From the IMG/VR virus record IMGVR_UViG_3300005002_000003: a stretch of 64,000 nucleotides of DNA; one strand, written 5' to 3'. Shown piece by piece: positions 18,328-27,521 of this stretch. The stretch is from an uncultured virus (IMG/VR IMGVR_UViG_3300005002_000003). Its lineage: Duplodnaviria; Heunggongvirae; Uroviricota; Caudoviricetes. The translations under genes and the position numbers were made by a program. The notes under the pieces were generated by a model, which made no database searches, had not been told where the DNA came from, and was given only the letters and a program-made list of their open reading frames with translations. Position 1 is the stretch's first letter; the number at the start of each line of letters is the position of its first letter.

Positions 18328-18616
18328 AACAGGATTCAGAAAATCTTTCATGAAAGTCGTGAACATCGGGGCCGCTGTGATTCTCGGCGGCTCGATGATT
18401 TATCACGTCGTCAGTGGGGACCCACAACACATGCTCAGCGACACCGAGATGTATGTTTTGCTGGCACTCATTGGCATCAACTTCGCTACTTACGGCGCGG
18501 CTCGCGCACTGCCAGGAAGTCCGGAATACACGGCTCCCGAGCACCGAGAAGCTGACACCACTCTACGACACGCAAGCCGTGCAGAGGAAAACCAGGAAGC
18601 ACCCTGGGATAAGTAG
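18311..18616 (+). CDS. Holin candidate (two TM helices)
   Basis: Two hydrophobic segments; directly follows the endolysin. Confidence 0.5.
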   Translation: MSKPHKTGFRKSFMKVVNIGAAVILGGSMIYHVVSGDPQHMLSDTEMYVLLALIGINFATYGAARALPGSPEYTAPEHREADTTLRHASRAEENQEAPWDK

Positions 18617-18856
18617 TCAGCGGTCGCGGAGTTTCTCCCAGAAGTCAGACACCGCAAGCCAGAAGCGCTCCCAGTCGGAAAGCGGCTCTGCGGGAACAAG
18701 AGGCCATTCCTGGAACACAGGCTCGGGAGATGGCGGGAGGAGCTTCTTCTTCGCAGATTTCCTGGGTTTCTTTGCGGGAGATGCTTTGGTTCGTTTCATG
18801 CCTGGCATTAGGGCGCCCGCAGACTTTGCGCGATCTGCTCGTTCACGGTCAAGCAC
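18617..18856 (-). CDS. Small basic hypothetical protein
   Basis: Overlaps the end of the HD gene on the same strand. Confidence 0.4.
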   Translation of the reverse strand: MLDRERADRAKSAGALMPGMKRTKASPAKKPRKSAKKKLLPPSPEPVFQEWPLVPAEPLSDWERFWLAVSDFWEKLRDR

Positions 18857-19466
18857 TGACCGCTTGTAGTTCGTACAGGCGCAACTCCATTTCGAGATTT
18901 TCTCTGGCCTTGAGTTCGCAGTCGCGAAAGCCGTCTACTGTGTGGAATATGCGTTTGCGCTTCAACATGCCGCGAATCCATCTGGTCCTTCCCGCCATCC
19001 AGGCACGGTCATTGTAGGCACTGTATTCTTTACGGATACCAACGAGGTAAGCGTCGTAGGGGTACGCTGGGCTGGGCGTCTTATGGGAGTTCCCACATAG
19101 CGCAGAATTTTCGATATTGAATTCTTCTGCCAGGATCGCGAGATCGAGATCAATCAAAAACCGCGCCAGAGATGACAGCGGGATATGCAGGATGGTCGAT
19201 AGAATCGCCAGCTCCACTTCTCGGGATTCTGCCTGTGGAAAATCTGCGGTAAATTTATCCACGCTCTGCCGCTCATTCACTCCGGATTCCACCCCGACGC
19301 GATACACACAGTCGTGATACCAGATGGCGTGCAGAAGCTCGGAAGTCAGGGGAAATTCCCAGTGCCTGGCGCGCTCCAGCATCCACACGATGTGCGACAA
19401 TGTGTGGTAATGCCGGTGAGGCTCCAGATAGGCGTGAGACAAATTGACTAACGCTTCTGCGCTCAT
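18849..19466 (-). CDS. HD-superfamily metal-dependent phosphohydrolase (COG4339-like)
   Basis: YLEPHRHYHTLSHI, AIWYHDCVY, NERQS, DLDLAIL, IRKEY. Confidence 0.88.
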   Translation of the reverse strand: MSAEALVNLSHAYLEPHRHYHTLSHIVWMLERARHWEFPLTSELLHAIWYHDCVYRVGVESGVNERQSVDKFTADFPQAESREVELAILSTILHIPLSSLARFLIDLDLAILAEEFNIENSALCGNSHKTPSPAYPYDAYLVGIRKEYSAYNDRAWMAGRTRWIRGMLKRKRIFHTVDGFRDCELKARENLEMELRLYELQAVSA

Positions 19467-19672
19467 GCCTGGCTCTCTTCGTAGTCACATTTTTGTGCCA
19501 GGGTAGCAATACGTGACGCAATCTGCTCTCCGGATTCGTAGAATTCGTCTTCCCACAGCAGACACGAAAGCACGCTTCTGCGCAAGAGGTTGAGGTTGGA
19601 TGTCGGTGCTCCCGGTGTGCCACCGTGTGTGACCACAGGTTCTCCGATAACTGTCTTGTTGACTGAAGCCAT
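19463..19672 (-). pseudogene. Truncated Ro60/TROVE-domain protein (N-terminal ~60 aa only)
   Basis: THGG...LRRSVLSCLLWEDEFYESG...IASRI is the N-terminus of bacterial TROVE proteins, which are normally ~500 aa; GGAGGAGG SD intact. Confidence 0.8.
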
Positions 19673-19705
19673 GCGGAAAACCTCCTCCCATGAGATGTAT
19701 GATAG

Positions 19706-19800
19706 CAGGGGCGTTTGGCGGGACTCGGACCCGCGACCTCGTCATTGGAAAATGACGTAACTGTCTCCTACAGGAATTTTTCGCGCTCTACCAGCTGAAG
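19706..19800 (-). ncRNA. tRNA-like RNA, probably bacterial Y RNA (YrlA-like)
   Basis: D-arm-like CAGCTGGTAGAGCG, insert, hairpin CGTCATT-TTCC-AATGACG, AGGTC, T-arm GCGGG-TCCGAGT-CCCGC; no acceptor stem; immediately upstream of the TROVE fragment. Confidence 0.65.
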
Positions 19801-19802
19801 CA

Positions 19803-19831
19803 ACTATATCAGGCGGTGGGGAGTCGGTCAA
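19803..19831 (-). promoter_or_regulatory. Sigma70-like promoter for the tRNA-like RNA/TROVE/HD unit
   Basis: TTGACC-17 nt-TATAGT with an upstream A tract. Confidence 0.8.
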
Positions 19832-19995
19832 CTATTTTTTCTTACCCGGATTTCAAGCTCACAGTCGCCTGCAATTCCCCTAGCGTAAAGGACGTCGGTT
19901 TCGACATCGTAGCTGTAGACATACAGGTCGTCGTTAAGCATCAAATCGGGGTGTTTCCGGAGTTCGGATACCACTGCGACGGGGTCAAATAGCAT
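19828..19995 (-). CDS. 55 aa hypothetical protein (below the ORF track cutoff)
   Basis: MLFDPVAVVSELRKHPDLMLNDD... fills the gap after the polymerase gene. Confidence 0.5.
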   Translation of the reverse strand: MLFDPVAVVSELRKHPDLMLNDDLYVYSYDVETDVLYARGIAGDCELEIRVRKNS

Positions 19996-20004
19996 GCACG
20001 GAGA

Positions 20005-22686
20005 TCATGCCGCAAGGTTTCTTGCGACTTCATCAATGTTGTCTCTGGTGACCTCGTCTCCGCTCTCCCAGATTTTCCCGATGGATGTCTCTACTACAAA
20101 AGGCACCACCAGTGAGCGGTCCTCTGCGGCATTCACGGCGATCTCGTAGACCTGCTTGATCTCCGATTTGTGGACATAGAATCCCAGGTAGTCGTGGATC
20201 ATGGCGAACATTCGAGATCGGAGATTGCGAGTCGTGAGTTCCTCATGAATACGCTTCATCGCCTTGTAGACATGCAGTGCTTCATGGCTCTGCGCCTGCG
20301 TGTTGGTGGTGACGTTCAGGAGGTTGAAGAACCGCGAGGTGTTCTCATCGTCCCCTGGAGCGTATGGCTTGCGTCTGCCTTTCTTTGACGGCACCTGAAG
20401 GAAAGGCAGGTGGCGCCTGTAGCCCGTATGCACGTCGTCAATGTAACCCGCTCGAATCCCTCGTGTGCGGTTGCTTTCAATCCATGGCAGGAGCTTCGCG
20501 TATTTTGAGAAGAACTTCCCACGTATGTCTGCGGATGCACTCAGCCACAGGTTGTCCTTGATGATCTCTGGAGAGTTGATCTCGATGTAAGTGTGAAGAT
20601 CCTCCTCAGTCCATTCATCCTGTAACTGCACGGCGAATGTTGTCTCCGCCAGGCCGAAGGAAAATCCGAAGTTAATCGACTTTGCTTTGAACCTGTAGCT
20701 TTTATATGGTTCCTGCGATTTGAGCTTCATGAACTCTTCGAGACTCATCCTGGGGAAGAACACGGCTTGCGCGGTTACGCTGTGTAGATCGCCGCTCAGC
20801 TTCACGAAGGCGTTGATCATCGCAGGGTCCATGGACTTGACGGCGATGATGCGCAACTGTACTCCAGAGAAGTCCATGTTGAGGAAATACCAGTCATCAC
20901 CCGGAAGGCCCAGCACTGGCTTGAACAGCCGGCCTTCTTCATTCTGAGCCGGGAACTGGGAGATGTTGGGGCCATAGCACTTCATGCGGCCGGACTTCGC
21001 CATGCCATCCATATATCGAGGATGGATGAGCCCATCGCTTCGTATGCTCTTCACGAGTCCTATATCGGCATCAGATTCTGTGGAGACTTCGGTGCCCATG
21101 AGATCGATATAGCTGGTGTTCGCTCCATTTGGGTCTCCGAGGAACGCCTGCCGCAGTTTGCTCAACTTGCGGTATTTGAGGAGCTTGTCGGCAATTCCGT
21201 GTCCCTGTTTGCTCCAGCGAAGCAGGATTGATTCTCCCGTCTGATAGTAGCCCTTCACTACGCGAGCCAGTGCGGGGAGCCTTACGACGTGCTCCAGGGA
21301 GTAAGCGAGTTTTTCATTCGATGAGACATCGGCAACATCAAGCTGTAGCTCAGATGCCAGCTCTGCTACCACCTGCTGTTCCTGAGCAAGTGTGTCGGCG
21401 TTGAGTTTGGAAAGATAGTCGGTATTGAGATGGACTCCTCGGGTTTCCATATCGCGGAAGGCAGGGGACGCGCCGAGGATGGTTTGATACGCTCGCCGGA
21501 TTACGGGCTGGCCCTTCAACAGCTCGTGCCCGAGGAGATTCAGCCGCAACGCGACAACCGGGTCCATGCAGGCATACGGAGCCAGAACCGACTCATCTAT
21601 CTGCGAGTAGTCGATGTCTCCATACTCATCTTTCAGTTCCTCCAGCTCGCGGTCGTAGCCTCCGACTCCAATCAACCACGCCAGGCTCTTGATACTGTTT
21701 TTCCTGCGCTCCGAGTAGAGGAGTTTGAACAGTCGCACGACGTCATCACTGAGTTCGAGATTCCTTACGCCGAAATACGCAAGCCACAGCACGTCAAATG
21801 CGCCGTTGGCGTATACCTGCTTTCTGCCATACAGAAACTCAGATAGCAGACCGACATCGATCTCGCTGAACTCCAGGTAGTATCCCGTCGTGGTGTCAAA
21901 CGCCAGAGTGAGGCACTTGATCATAGCGCCGTCTCTGAAGGGGTCGAGACCATTGGTTTCGATGTCGATGCCGATCTCAAGCTTATTGTCTTTCCACTCA
22001 CGTAAGAATGCGTTGGGGTCGGCTACAATTTCGTATCTGAACTCCGGAAACTCGGCCTCCTGCATGCCGCCGTCCAGATACGATTTGATCTTCGTGAACT
22101 GACGCGGCACAAAAGTGTTGTTCTCAAAGTTGTCCTTCCACAGGAAATCGAGATCCGAAGGCAGGGGGTACACGCGCTTGCGGGCAGTGAGTCCTTCTAT
22201 ATAGAAGAACGTTTGATTGAAATTCGTCTCGGCGAAATCTTCCCAGGTCAGCAGATCGTCTGTGCGAGTTACCGCCATGATGGCCTTGCCCAGCGTGATG
22301 ACGATATCATAGTTCTCCACGATATCCGGGGTGATGACGGCACAGGCCTGAAAAATTCGATAGAAGGGATTTGGGAGGGTCTCAACCGGGTCTTGTTTTT
22401 TTGTCTTCCTTTCCTTCTCTTCGTCGAGAGAAGGAGTCCGCGTCTCGCACTCCAGACCAACAATGGCGTCAGCCTGGACTCCTATGCCGCGTTCAATATG
22501 CTGGACAACGGCTTTCACCCAGGCCTGACCTCTTTGCGTGCGGGGCTGTTCGAAGACGATCAGCGCGCGGGATCGCTCCAGACGTATCAGCCACGGAGAC
22601 TGCGCTTCATGTACGCAGGGAAACTTCTTGTTCTTACGAAGTGCGCACCCCGCACACTTGGACTTGACTTCGAGGTTTTCAAACAT
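20005..22686 (-). CDS. polA: Family A DNA polymerase with 3'-5' exonuclease and degenerate N-terminal UDG-like domain (SPO1-type layout)
   Basis: DIETNGL, NGAFD, YACMD exonuclease motifs; SGR...PNISQFP, DFSGVQLR, DLHS, RFKAKSINFG, IHD; N-terminal CAGCAL. Confidence 0.95.
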   Translation of the reverse strand: MFENLEVKSKCAGCALRKNKKFPCVHEAQSPWLIRLERSRALIVFEQPRTQRGQAWVKAVVQHIERGIGVQADAIVGLECETRTPSLDEEKERKTKKQDPVETLPNPFYRIFQACAVITPDIVENYDIVITLGKAIMAVTRTDDLLTWEDFAETNFNQTFFYIEGLTARKRVYPLPSDLDFLWKDNFENNTFVPRQFTKIKSYLDGGMQEAEFPEFRYEIVADPNAFLREWKDNKLEIGIDIETNGLDPFRDGAMIKCLTLAFDTTTGYYLEFSEIDVGLLSEFLYGRKQVYANGAFDVLWLAYFGVRNLELSDDVVRLFKLLYSERRKNSIKSLAWLIGVGGYDRELEELKDEYGDIDYSQIDESVLAPYACMDPVVALRLNLLGHELLKGQPVIRRAYQTILGASPAFRDMETRGVHLNTDYLSKLNADTLAQEQQVVAELASELQLDVADVSSNEKLAYSLEHVVRLPALARVVKGYYQTGESILLRWSKQGHGIADKLLKYRKLSKLRQAFLGDPNGANTSYIDLMGTEVSTESDADIGLVKSIRSDGLIHPRYMDGMAKSGRMKCYGPNISQFPAQNEEGRLFKPVLGLPGDDWYFLNMDFSGVQLRIIAVKSMDPAMINAFVKLSGDLHSVTAQAVFFPRMSLEEFMKLKSQEPYKSYRFKAKSINFGFSFGLAETTFAVQLQDEWTEEDLHTYIEINSPEIIKDNLWLSASADIRGKFFSKYAKLLPWIESNRTRGIRAGYIDDVHTGYRRHLPFLQVPSKKGRRKPYAPGDDENTSRFFNLLNVTTNTQAQSHEALHVYKAMKRIHEELTTRNLRSRMFAMIHDYLGFYVHKSEIKQVYEIAVNAAEDRSLVVPFVVETSIGKIWESGDEVTRDNIDEVARNLAA

Positions 22687-22703
22687 CGAAGTCTCTCCAG
22701 CTG

Positions 22704-23258
22704 TTAAGGCGAGAAGTCTCGCGCGCGCTCAAACCATGCTTGTCGTTCGTCATCACTGATTGAACTACCGTCTACGGGATCAGTGTAGGTGTCAAGACGA
22801 TTGCTGAAAAATCTCCCCGCGAGGATCACGTTTTCCAGAACGTATTTCAATTCCGGGAATGGTCCCTTGCCCTTGATGTGTGATACATCGAGATGCGCAT
22901 TGAGGTAAAAGCCCGTCTGGCGCTCTGCCACCTGACGTTCTTCCGGTGTCAGGCATTTCCAGATTTTGCAGTAGCGCTTCCAGGATTTCGGCATGTGCTT
23001 CTCGGCTGGCACGTACCCCGCATCTCGCTTCCAGCAGGCCTCTACCAGAGCATCATACTCAGGGTCTGGATTTCCTGGGCGACCTTTATTCGCCTGACGT
23101 TTCTCGGCAGTCTTCTGGATTTTTTCCAGATACTTGCCGTGGCACTGCCGTTGCTTGCCGTCGCGCGAGCAGGTCTTGGCATTATATATCGTGTTGCGCA
23201 GACACCTCCCACGAAAGCAGGAGGCGCTGAATTGTTCGAAATCATCAACAGGCTTCAT
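22704..23258 (-). CDS. Hypothetical protein with degenerate HNH-like C-terminus
   Basis: LDVSHIKGKGPFPELKYVLENVIL. Confidence 0.55.
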   Translation of the reverse strand: MKPVDDFEQFSASCFRGRCLRNTIYNAKTCSRDGKQRQCHGKYLEKIQKTAEKRQANKGRPGNPDPEYDALVEACWKRDAGYVPAEKHMPKSWKRYCKIWKCLTPEERQVAERQTGFYLNAHLDVSHIKGKGPFPELKYVLENVILAGRFFSNRLDTYTDPVDGSSISDDERQAWFERARDFSP

Positions 23259-23260
23259 GA

Positions 23261-24409
23261 CTAGAACGGAATGTCTTCTTCTTCAGCGGAAGAAGGCACT
23301 GCTGTGTTCTCTGGAGCCTGAGCAGGAGTCGTTGAGCGGCCGTCGCGTTGCGCCTGAGCCAGAGTCTCCAGTTCAGGAAAGAACTGGCTCCCGGTCTCTT
23401 CATCAACCCTTGCGATGCGTGCGCCGAAATTTTCCAGAATGAAAATGTAGTTCGGCTGGAAGATGCGATCGAGATCGAACATCCCGTACTGCTCCTCTTC
23501 TTCTGTAAGAGGCATCATCGCAATACGATTGTTTTCAATCCGCAGATCGCCACGGAATTTCGCTCTGACTTCATCCGGGATTTCAAGATCGGTAGGTTTC
23601 CGAACTTTGTAGAAAGGCTTGGGATACTGATCGGTGGCCTTCTCCTTGCGCATGTCCTTCTCAATGCAGAGATCCATGCACCAGTGCAGGTGATGTTCAT
23701 ATGTCGCGGCACAAATTTCGTTGTAGAGAGTCGCAGAGATCCCGGCCTTGGTGGTGATACGTTCTTCGCCATCTTTGACGTAGGATTCGAAACGAGTTCC
23801 CAGAAGTTTCGAGTGCTTGTTTGTCGCGCACCAGTCGTCTTCGCGACTGATGACATTCATCACATACTGCCCGTTCTGTGACGGCATGAACGGCTTCGTG
23901 AAGCCCGCGCCGTTGGCCGTATCTTTGATCCAGCGATAACTTTCTGTGTGTTTCCAGGGGAGTGTCCAAAAACCTTTGTTCCCGGATTTCGTCGTGTGCT
24001 CGATGGTTTCATCCCACTCACCACGATCCATGACGTGCTCGTAGATGCGATACAGAATGAAGTTCGGGTCCAGTGTGCCGTCATCTCTTCCGCGTGCATC
24101 TTTGCGCTGGCCCCAGACCACGCGCTTGTGATGCGTGCCCTGATCAACTATGATATCCGACGTGAAGATACGTTTGGCATCCGTAGGGAGTTCGCGGACA
24201 GATGCCGGAAGCCCGAGGATTCGAAACGTCGTGAACTCCTTGGCGTGGTCGGCGTGGTGGATTGGTAGCACAGAAATTCTGGTGCGATCTGTGTTTTTAT
24301 CCTTCGGCTGTTCTGACTTTTTGTTCGATTCAGCCTCGGCTTGTTTTTTCTGATCAGCGGCGGCCTTGAATTTGGCCAGGAGCTGTTCCTGTGATTGTGT
24401 TGTGGACAT
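23261..24409 (-). CDS. Probable phage single-stranded DNA-binding protein (gp32-like)
   Basis: FRIL...YVMNVI pattern, acidic tail EEEDIPF, AGGAGGT SD, position next to the polymerase. Confidence 0.65.
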   Translation of the reverse strand: MSTTQSQEQLLAKFKAAADQKKQAEAESNKKSEQPKDKNTDRTRISVLPIHHADHAKEFTTFRILGLPASVRELPTDAKRIFTSDIIVDQGTHHKRVVWGQRKDARGRDDGTLDPNFILYRIYEHVMDRGEWDETIEHTTKSGNKGFWTLPWKHTESYRWIKDTANGAGFTKPFMPSQNGQYVMNVISREDDWCATNKHSKLLGTRFESYVKDGEERITTKAGISATLYNEICAATYEHHLHWCMDLCIEKDMRKEKATDQYPKPFYKVRKPTDLEIPDEVRAKFRGDLRIENNRIAMMPLTEEEEQYGMFDLDRIFQPNYIFILENFGARIARVDEETGSQFFPELETLAQAQRDGRSTTPAQAPENTAVPSSAEEEDIPF

Positions 24410-24622
24410 CTTGCCCACCTCCTGTGTTAAAGTTGAACTCATCATGAGTCCACGGTGTTAGTAGCGGAACAATTCTACCCGACGTCAACTCATAAAAGCG
24501 TTTGCTCGCGAATAGAGCTGATCTTCGTGAAAACCCCCTGGAAATGCGCGTGGCTTGCAGAATTTCATTTAAGAGTTTGCTATTGCAGTAAAAGAACTTG
24601 ACACCAGGCGCTGGTAGTAACT

Positions 24623-25753
24623 TTGATTCCTTCCGTGAGTCCTTACTCCCTCAAGCTCAAGCGATTACGGCCCGCTCACCTTGACGAGCCTCAATGCGAT
24701 GGCCTCAATGAGGTGGACCCGGAAACCGGAGAACTCCGCGTTCTTCCAGACCCCGATCCCGAGGACGAAGAAGACAGGCGCCGCAAACAATCACCTGGTA
24801 AGCAACTGGCCCCGATGCCCGGCATCCCGGGACCATTCCAATCATCCGGATTTTCCGGAGAGTTCGTGTCCAACATCAAGCTCCTCAGCGAGTCCGACAA
24901 ACACAACCTCAAGCGTATCGTAGATCTGCTATGTGTCAGATATGGTCGGCCAGGGCACCGTCGTTACGACACGAAGAACCGATCGTTGTATCTGAGGGCC
25001 TGCGAAATTGTGGGGAAAGCCAGACACGTCTACGCAGGCAATCCGCGATCAATCAGGGCAGATGTTGAGGCTCGCATCGGAGAAGTCAAGGCGCGAGCGC
25101 TGGAGAATGATGTGATGCTCGGTCTGGAATTCCACAAGCGCATCAACGAATACCATGATTTACACACCGATTGCCGCGAGGAGCACCTTCTGCTCACGGC
25201 AGTCCTGTTTCATCACCAGATCAAACACAACAAGCAGGGTTGGTGCTGGGGAGAAGGTTACCGCTACGCCCGGCAGTATTTCGCGCCCTGCGAGTCAGAA
25301 ATGTTGGCGGAGCTTGCGGATCGGCTCTACCGGCACGCGGACAAAATCTATTCCACCACACGTACTGGTACCAAACTCTTAAACAAAAAGATGTTGTTCC
25401 TAATCGCGAAAAACTGGACAAACACAAGAAGTGTACGTGTACCGAAAGCTTTCAGAAGCAGAGAATCTGAAAAATCACCTACACCTCCTTCAGGCATGCA
25501 GTGGAAATCAACGGCTTTCAAAAAGCATGACGAAAAAGAGAGTGATATATCGAGCAGTCGTAAGGCCGCACAGGCTCCTGAATCCGCCGCTCTGCCGCCG
25601 GCCGATGACGACTGGGAGGGCTGGGACGATCCTTTTGGGGGGCATGCTGTAATGGTGAACGCTCCCCGAGACACTTTGCAGGCGCATGAAGACGAGGCCT
25701 TGCGGCGGAGCCTTGAGGAAATGGATAGATTCCTCGCAGACGATAGCTGGTAG
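24623..25753 (+). CDS. Hypothetical protein at the strand-switch point (start uncertain)
   Basis: 376 aa ORF heading the plus-strand block. Confidence 0.65.
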   Translation: MIPSVSPYSLKLKRLRPAHLDEPQCDGLNEVDPETGELRVLPDPDPEDEEDRRRKQSPGKQLAPMPGIPGPFQSSGFSGEFVSNIKLLSESDKHNLKRIVDLLCVRYGRPGHRRYDTKNRSLYLRACEIVGKARHVYAGNPRSIRADVEARIGEVKARALENDVMLGLEFHKRINEYHDLHTDCREEHLLLTAVLFHHQIKHNKQGWCWGEGYRYARQYFAPCESEMLAELADRLYRHADKIYSTTRTGTKLLNKKMLFLIAKNWTNTRSVRVPKAFRSRESEKSPTPPSGMQWKSTAFKKHDEKESDISSSRKAAQAPESAALPPADDDWEGWDDPFGGHAVMVNAPRDTLQAHEDEALRRSLEEMDRFLADDSW

Positions 25754-25768
25754 TCTTCCTAACTCTCT

Positions 25769-26167
25769 ATGGCTAACAGCAAAACTGTTTATTATCGTTA
25801 CAAACTCAGAGATGACGGCATGGCTCCGGCTTCTCGTATGGGAGTTGATGGCACCAACCTGAGTCAGACGGAGTGGCTTATCTCAAGAACCCGAATTGAT
25901 CGCCTGACAAAACACGTCAGGTCTCTGAACAATCCAAAAGGGCTTGTTGAGATGCAGGAGTTTGACCCCTTCACGGGAGAGGTGTACGCCACTCCAGCGC
26001 TCACGCCGCCTACGATCATTTACACCAGAGACCAGCTTGGCGTAATGACGCGCGAGGAGTTACTGGAAATCGCGCATAAGCTCGACATCACAACCCGAGG
26101 AGCGCAGGCCGACATGCTGGTAAGGAAGATCATCCAGGAACAGCAGAAGTATCTGCCCAAGGAATAA
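25769..26167 (+). CDS. Protein with a Rho-N-like C-terminal helical domain
   Basis: MTREELLEIAHKLDI...LVRKII; CTAA-N6-ATG. Confidence 0.6.
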   Translation: MANSKTVYYRYKLRDDGMAPASRMGVDGTNLSQTEWLISRTRIDRLTKHVRSLNNPKGLVEMQEFDPFTGEVYATPALTPPTIIYTRDQLGVMTREELLEIAHKLDITTRGAQADMLVRKIIQEQQKYLPKE

Positions 26168-26170
26168 GTT

Positions 26171-27040
26171 ATGGCAAAGAAAGTCGCTCTCTCTGTATCG
26201 CCTTCGTCTCTGCGCACAACCTGGTGGCTATACTGGGGCATGGTGGTGTCGCTGATTTCCGCTCTGGCGGTGTCACTCTATCACCTGTCAGTAGCTGTTG
26301 CGGCGTATGAAGTCGCCGAGGGCTGGCTACCGCCGGGGCTCACCGCATGGATCTTCGCCATCGCGGTGGAATCCGGAGTGTTGTTCATCTCCTCCGGTAT
26401 CGCTGACCGCAAGCGCAGAGGAGAGAGTGCGCAGGGGCTCTACTGGTCCCTGGGATTTTTTACCGTCGTCAACTTCTACGGCAATGCATCCTATACGCTC
26501 GCCAACATCGCGGACGTTCAACAGCTGGTGTGGAAAGACGTGCAGATGATCGACGGTCTCAAGATTTTGTCGTCCCTGTTGTTTTCTGTGGTGTTGCCAA
26601 TCATGATCATCACGATGTCGTCTCTCAGATCACAATTCCACCAGCGTCTGAAATCCGAGGAGATGTCGTTGCGCATTCAGGAGGCCAAGCAACGCAGGCT
26701 GGCTGAGCAGAAGGCCGTAAGGGATGCACGTAAATTACAGCGTGCCGGCATGAAGGACTTGAGAGAGAAGTCCGTAACGACGGTCTCCCCCGAAGTATAT
26801 GTGGAAACGACTCCCGTGGGGGAGCCTGATGAGGAGGAACCTCATCAGGAGAATGCTCCCGCACTTCAGGTTGCTCCCGTTCGTAGTCCCAGAGTAAAAA
26901 AAAAATTCCAACGCGCAAAACAAACCAGCGCCGAAAGTAAGGCCCGCCGAACAGCGCAGGCACCGAATCGAGGCGTTGATGTCGGCGATACCCCGGATGT
27001 CTTCGAGCGAGGAGGCGGACTCCAAATTCCCACCCGGTAA
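26171..27040 (+). CDS. Four-TM membrane protein with coiled-coil tail (DUF2637-like)
   Basis: Four hydrophobic helices, AWIFAIAVE motif. Confidence 0.75.
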   Translation: MAKKVALSVSPSSLRTTWWLYWGMVVSLISALAVSLYHLSVAVAAYEVAEGWLPPGLTAWIFAIAVESGVLFISSGIADRKRRGESAQGLYWSLGFFTVVNFYGNASYTLANIADVQQLVWKDVQMIDGLKILSSLLFSVVLPIMIITMSSLRSQFHQRLKSEEMSLRIQEAKQRRLAEQKAVRDARKLQRAGMKDLREKSVTTVSPEVYVETTPVGEPDEEEPHQENAPALQVAPVRSPRVKKKFQRAKQTSAESKARRTAQAPNRGVDVGDTPDVFERGGGLQIPTR

Positions 27041-27052
27041 CTAATGCAAGGC

Positions 27053-27331
27053 ATGCGTAGCGAAGAAATCAGGTCCGTTGTAGAAGCGTGCATCCGCGAT
27101 GAGATCCGAGAACCAGAGCGGTTGCAGGAGTTCTCGGCCGGTGTGGTGAAGGCATTGAAAATTGTGGGGGGCACTGTAGCAACCTACTACATCTTCAAGA
27201 GCCTGATTCACGGTATTCTTACGGATGACAAATTTATCGCAGGCTTCAGCAAAAAAGTTGCGGATCGACTGGAGTATCTCGAACTACGTGCGGCAGAGCG
27301 CGAGAAGCGCGAGGCGAAGCACAAGATATGA
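27053..27331 (+). CDS. Hypothetical protein
   Basis: CTAA at 27041; start 27044 or 27053. Confidence 0.55.
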   Translation: MRSEEIRSVVEACIRDEIREPERLQEFSAGVVKALKIVGGTVATYYIFKSLIHGILTDDKFIAGFSKKVADRLEYLELRAAEREKREAKHKI

Positions 27332-27489
27332 TGAAAGATGAAGTATTTGAAGAGATGCTGGACTGCATCTTTGCCGAAATCAAGGACCATGTCGATGACG
27401 AAGTCAAAGCTCGAAAACTGCTCCGCGAAAGTGATTTCCTGCAACGGCTGTCATCCCGGATAGCTCAGGAACTCGACAAAAAGAAGTAG
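27328..27489 (+). CDS. 53 aa hypothetical protein (below the ORF track cutoff)
   Basis: ATGA-coupled; MMKDEVFEEMLDCIFAEIKD... Confidence 0.55.
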   Translation: MMKDEVFEEMLDCIFAEIKDHVDDEVKARKLLRESDFLQRLSSRIAQELDKKK

Positions 27490-27521
27490 ACAACCCAGGT
27501 CTCCGGGACATAAGTGCGTTC

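Noticed and set aside
19706..19800. Functional tRNA gene
   Set aside because: No pairable acceptor stem or CCA end, a 4-nt loop instead of a 7-nt anticodon loop, and an extra insert after the D-arm; kept only as a tRNA-like RNA
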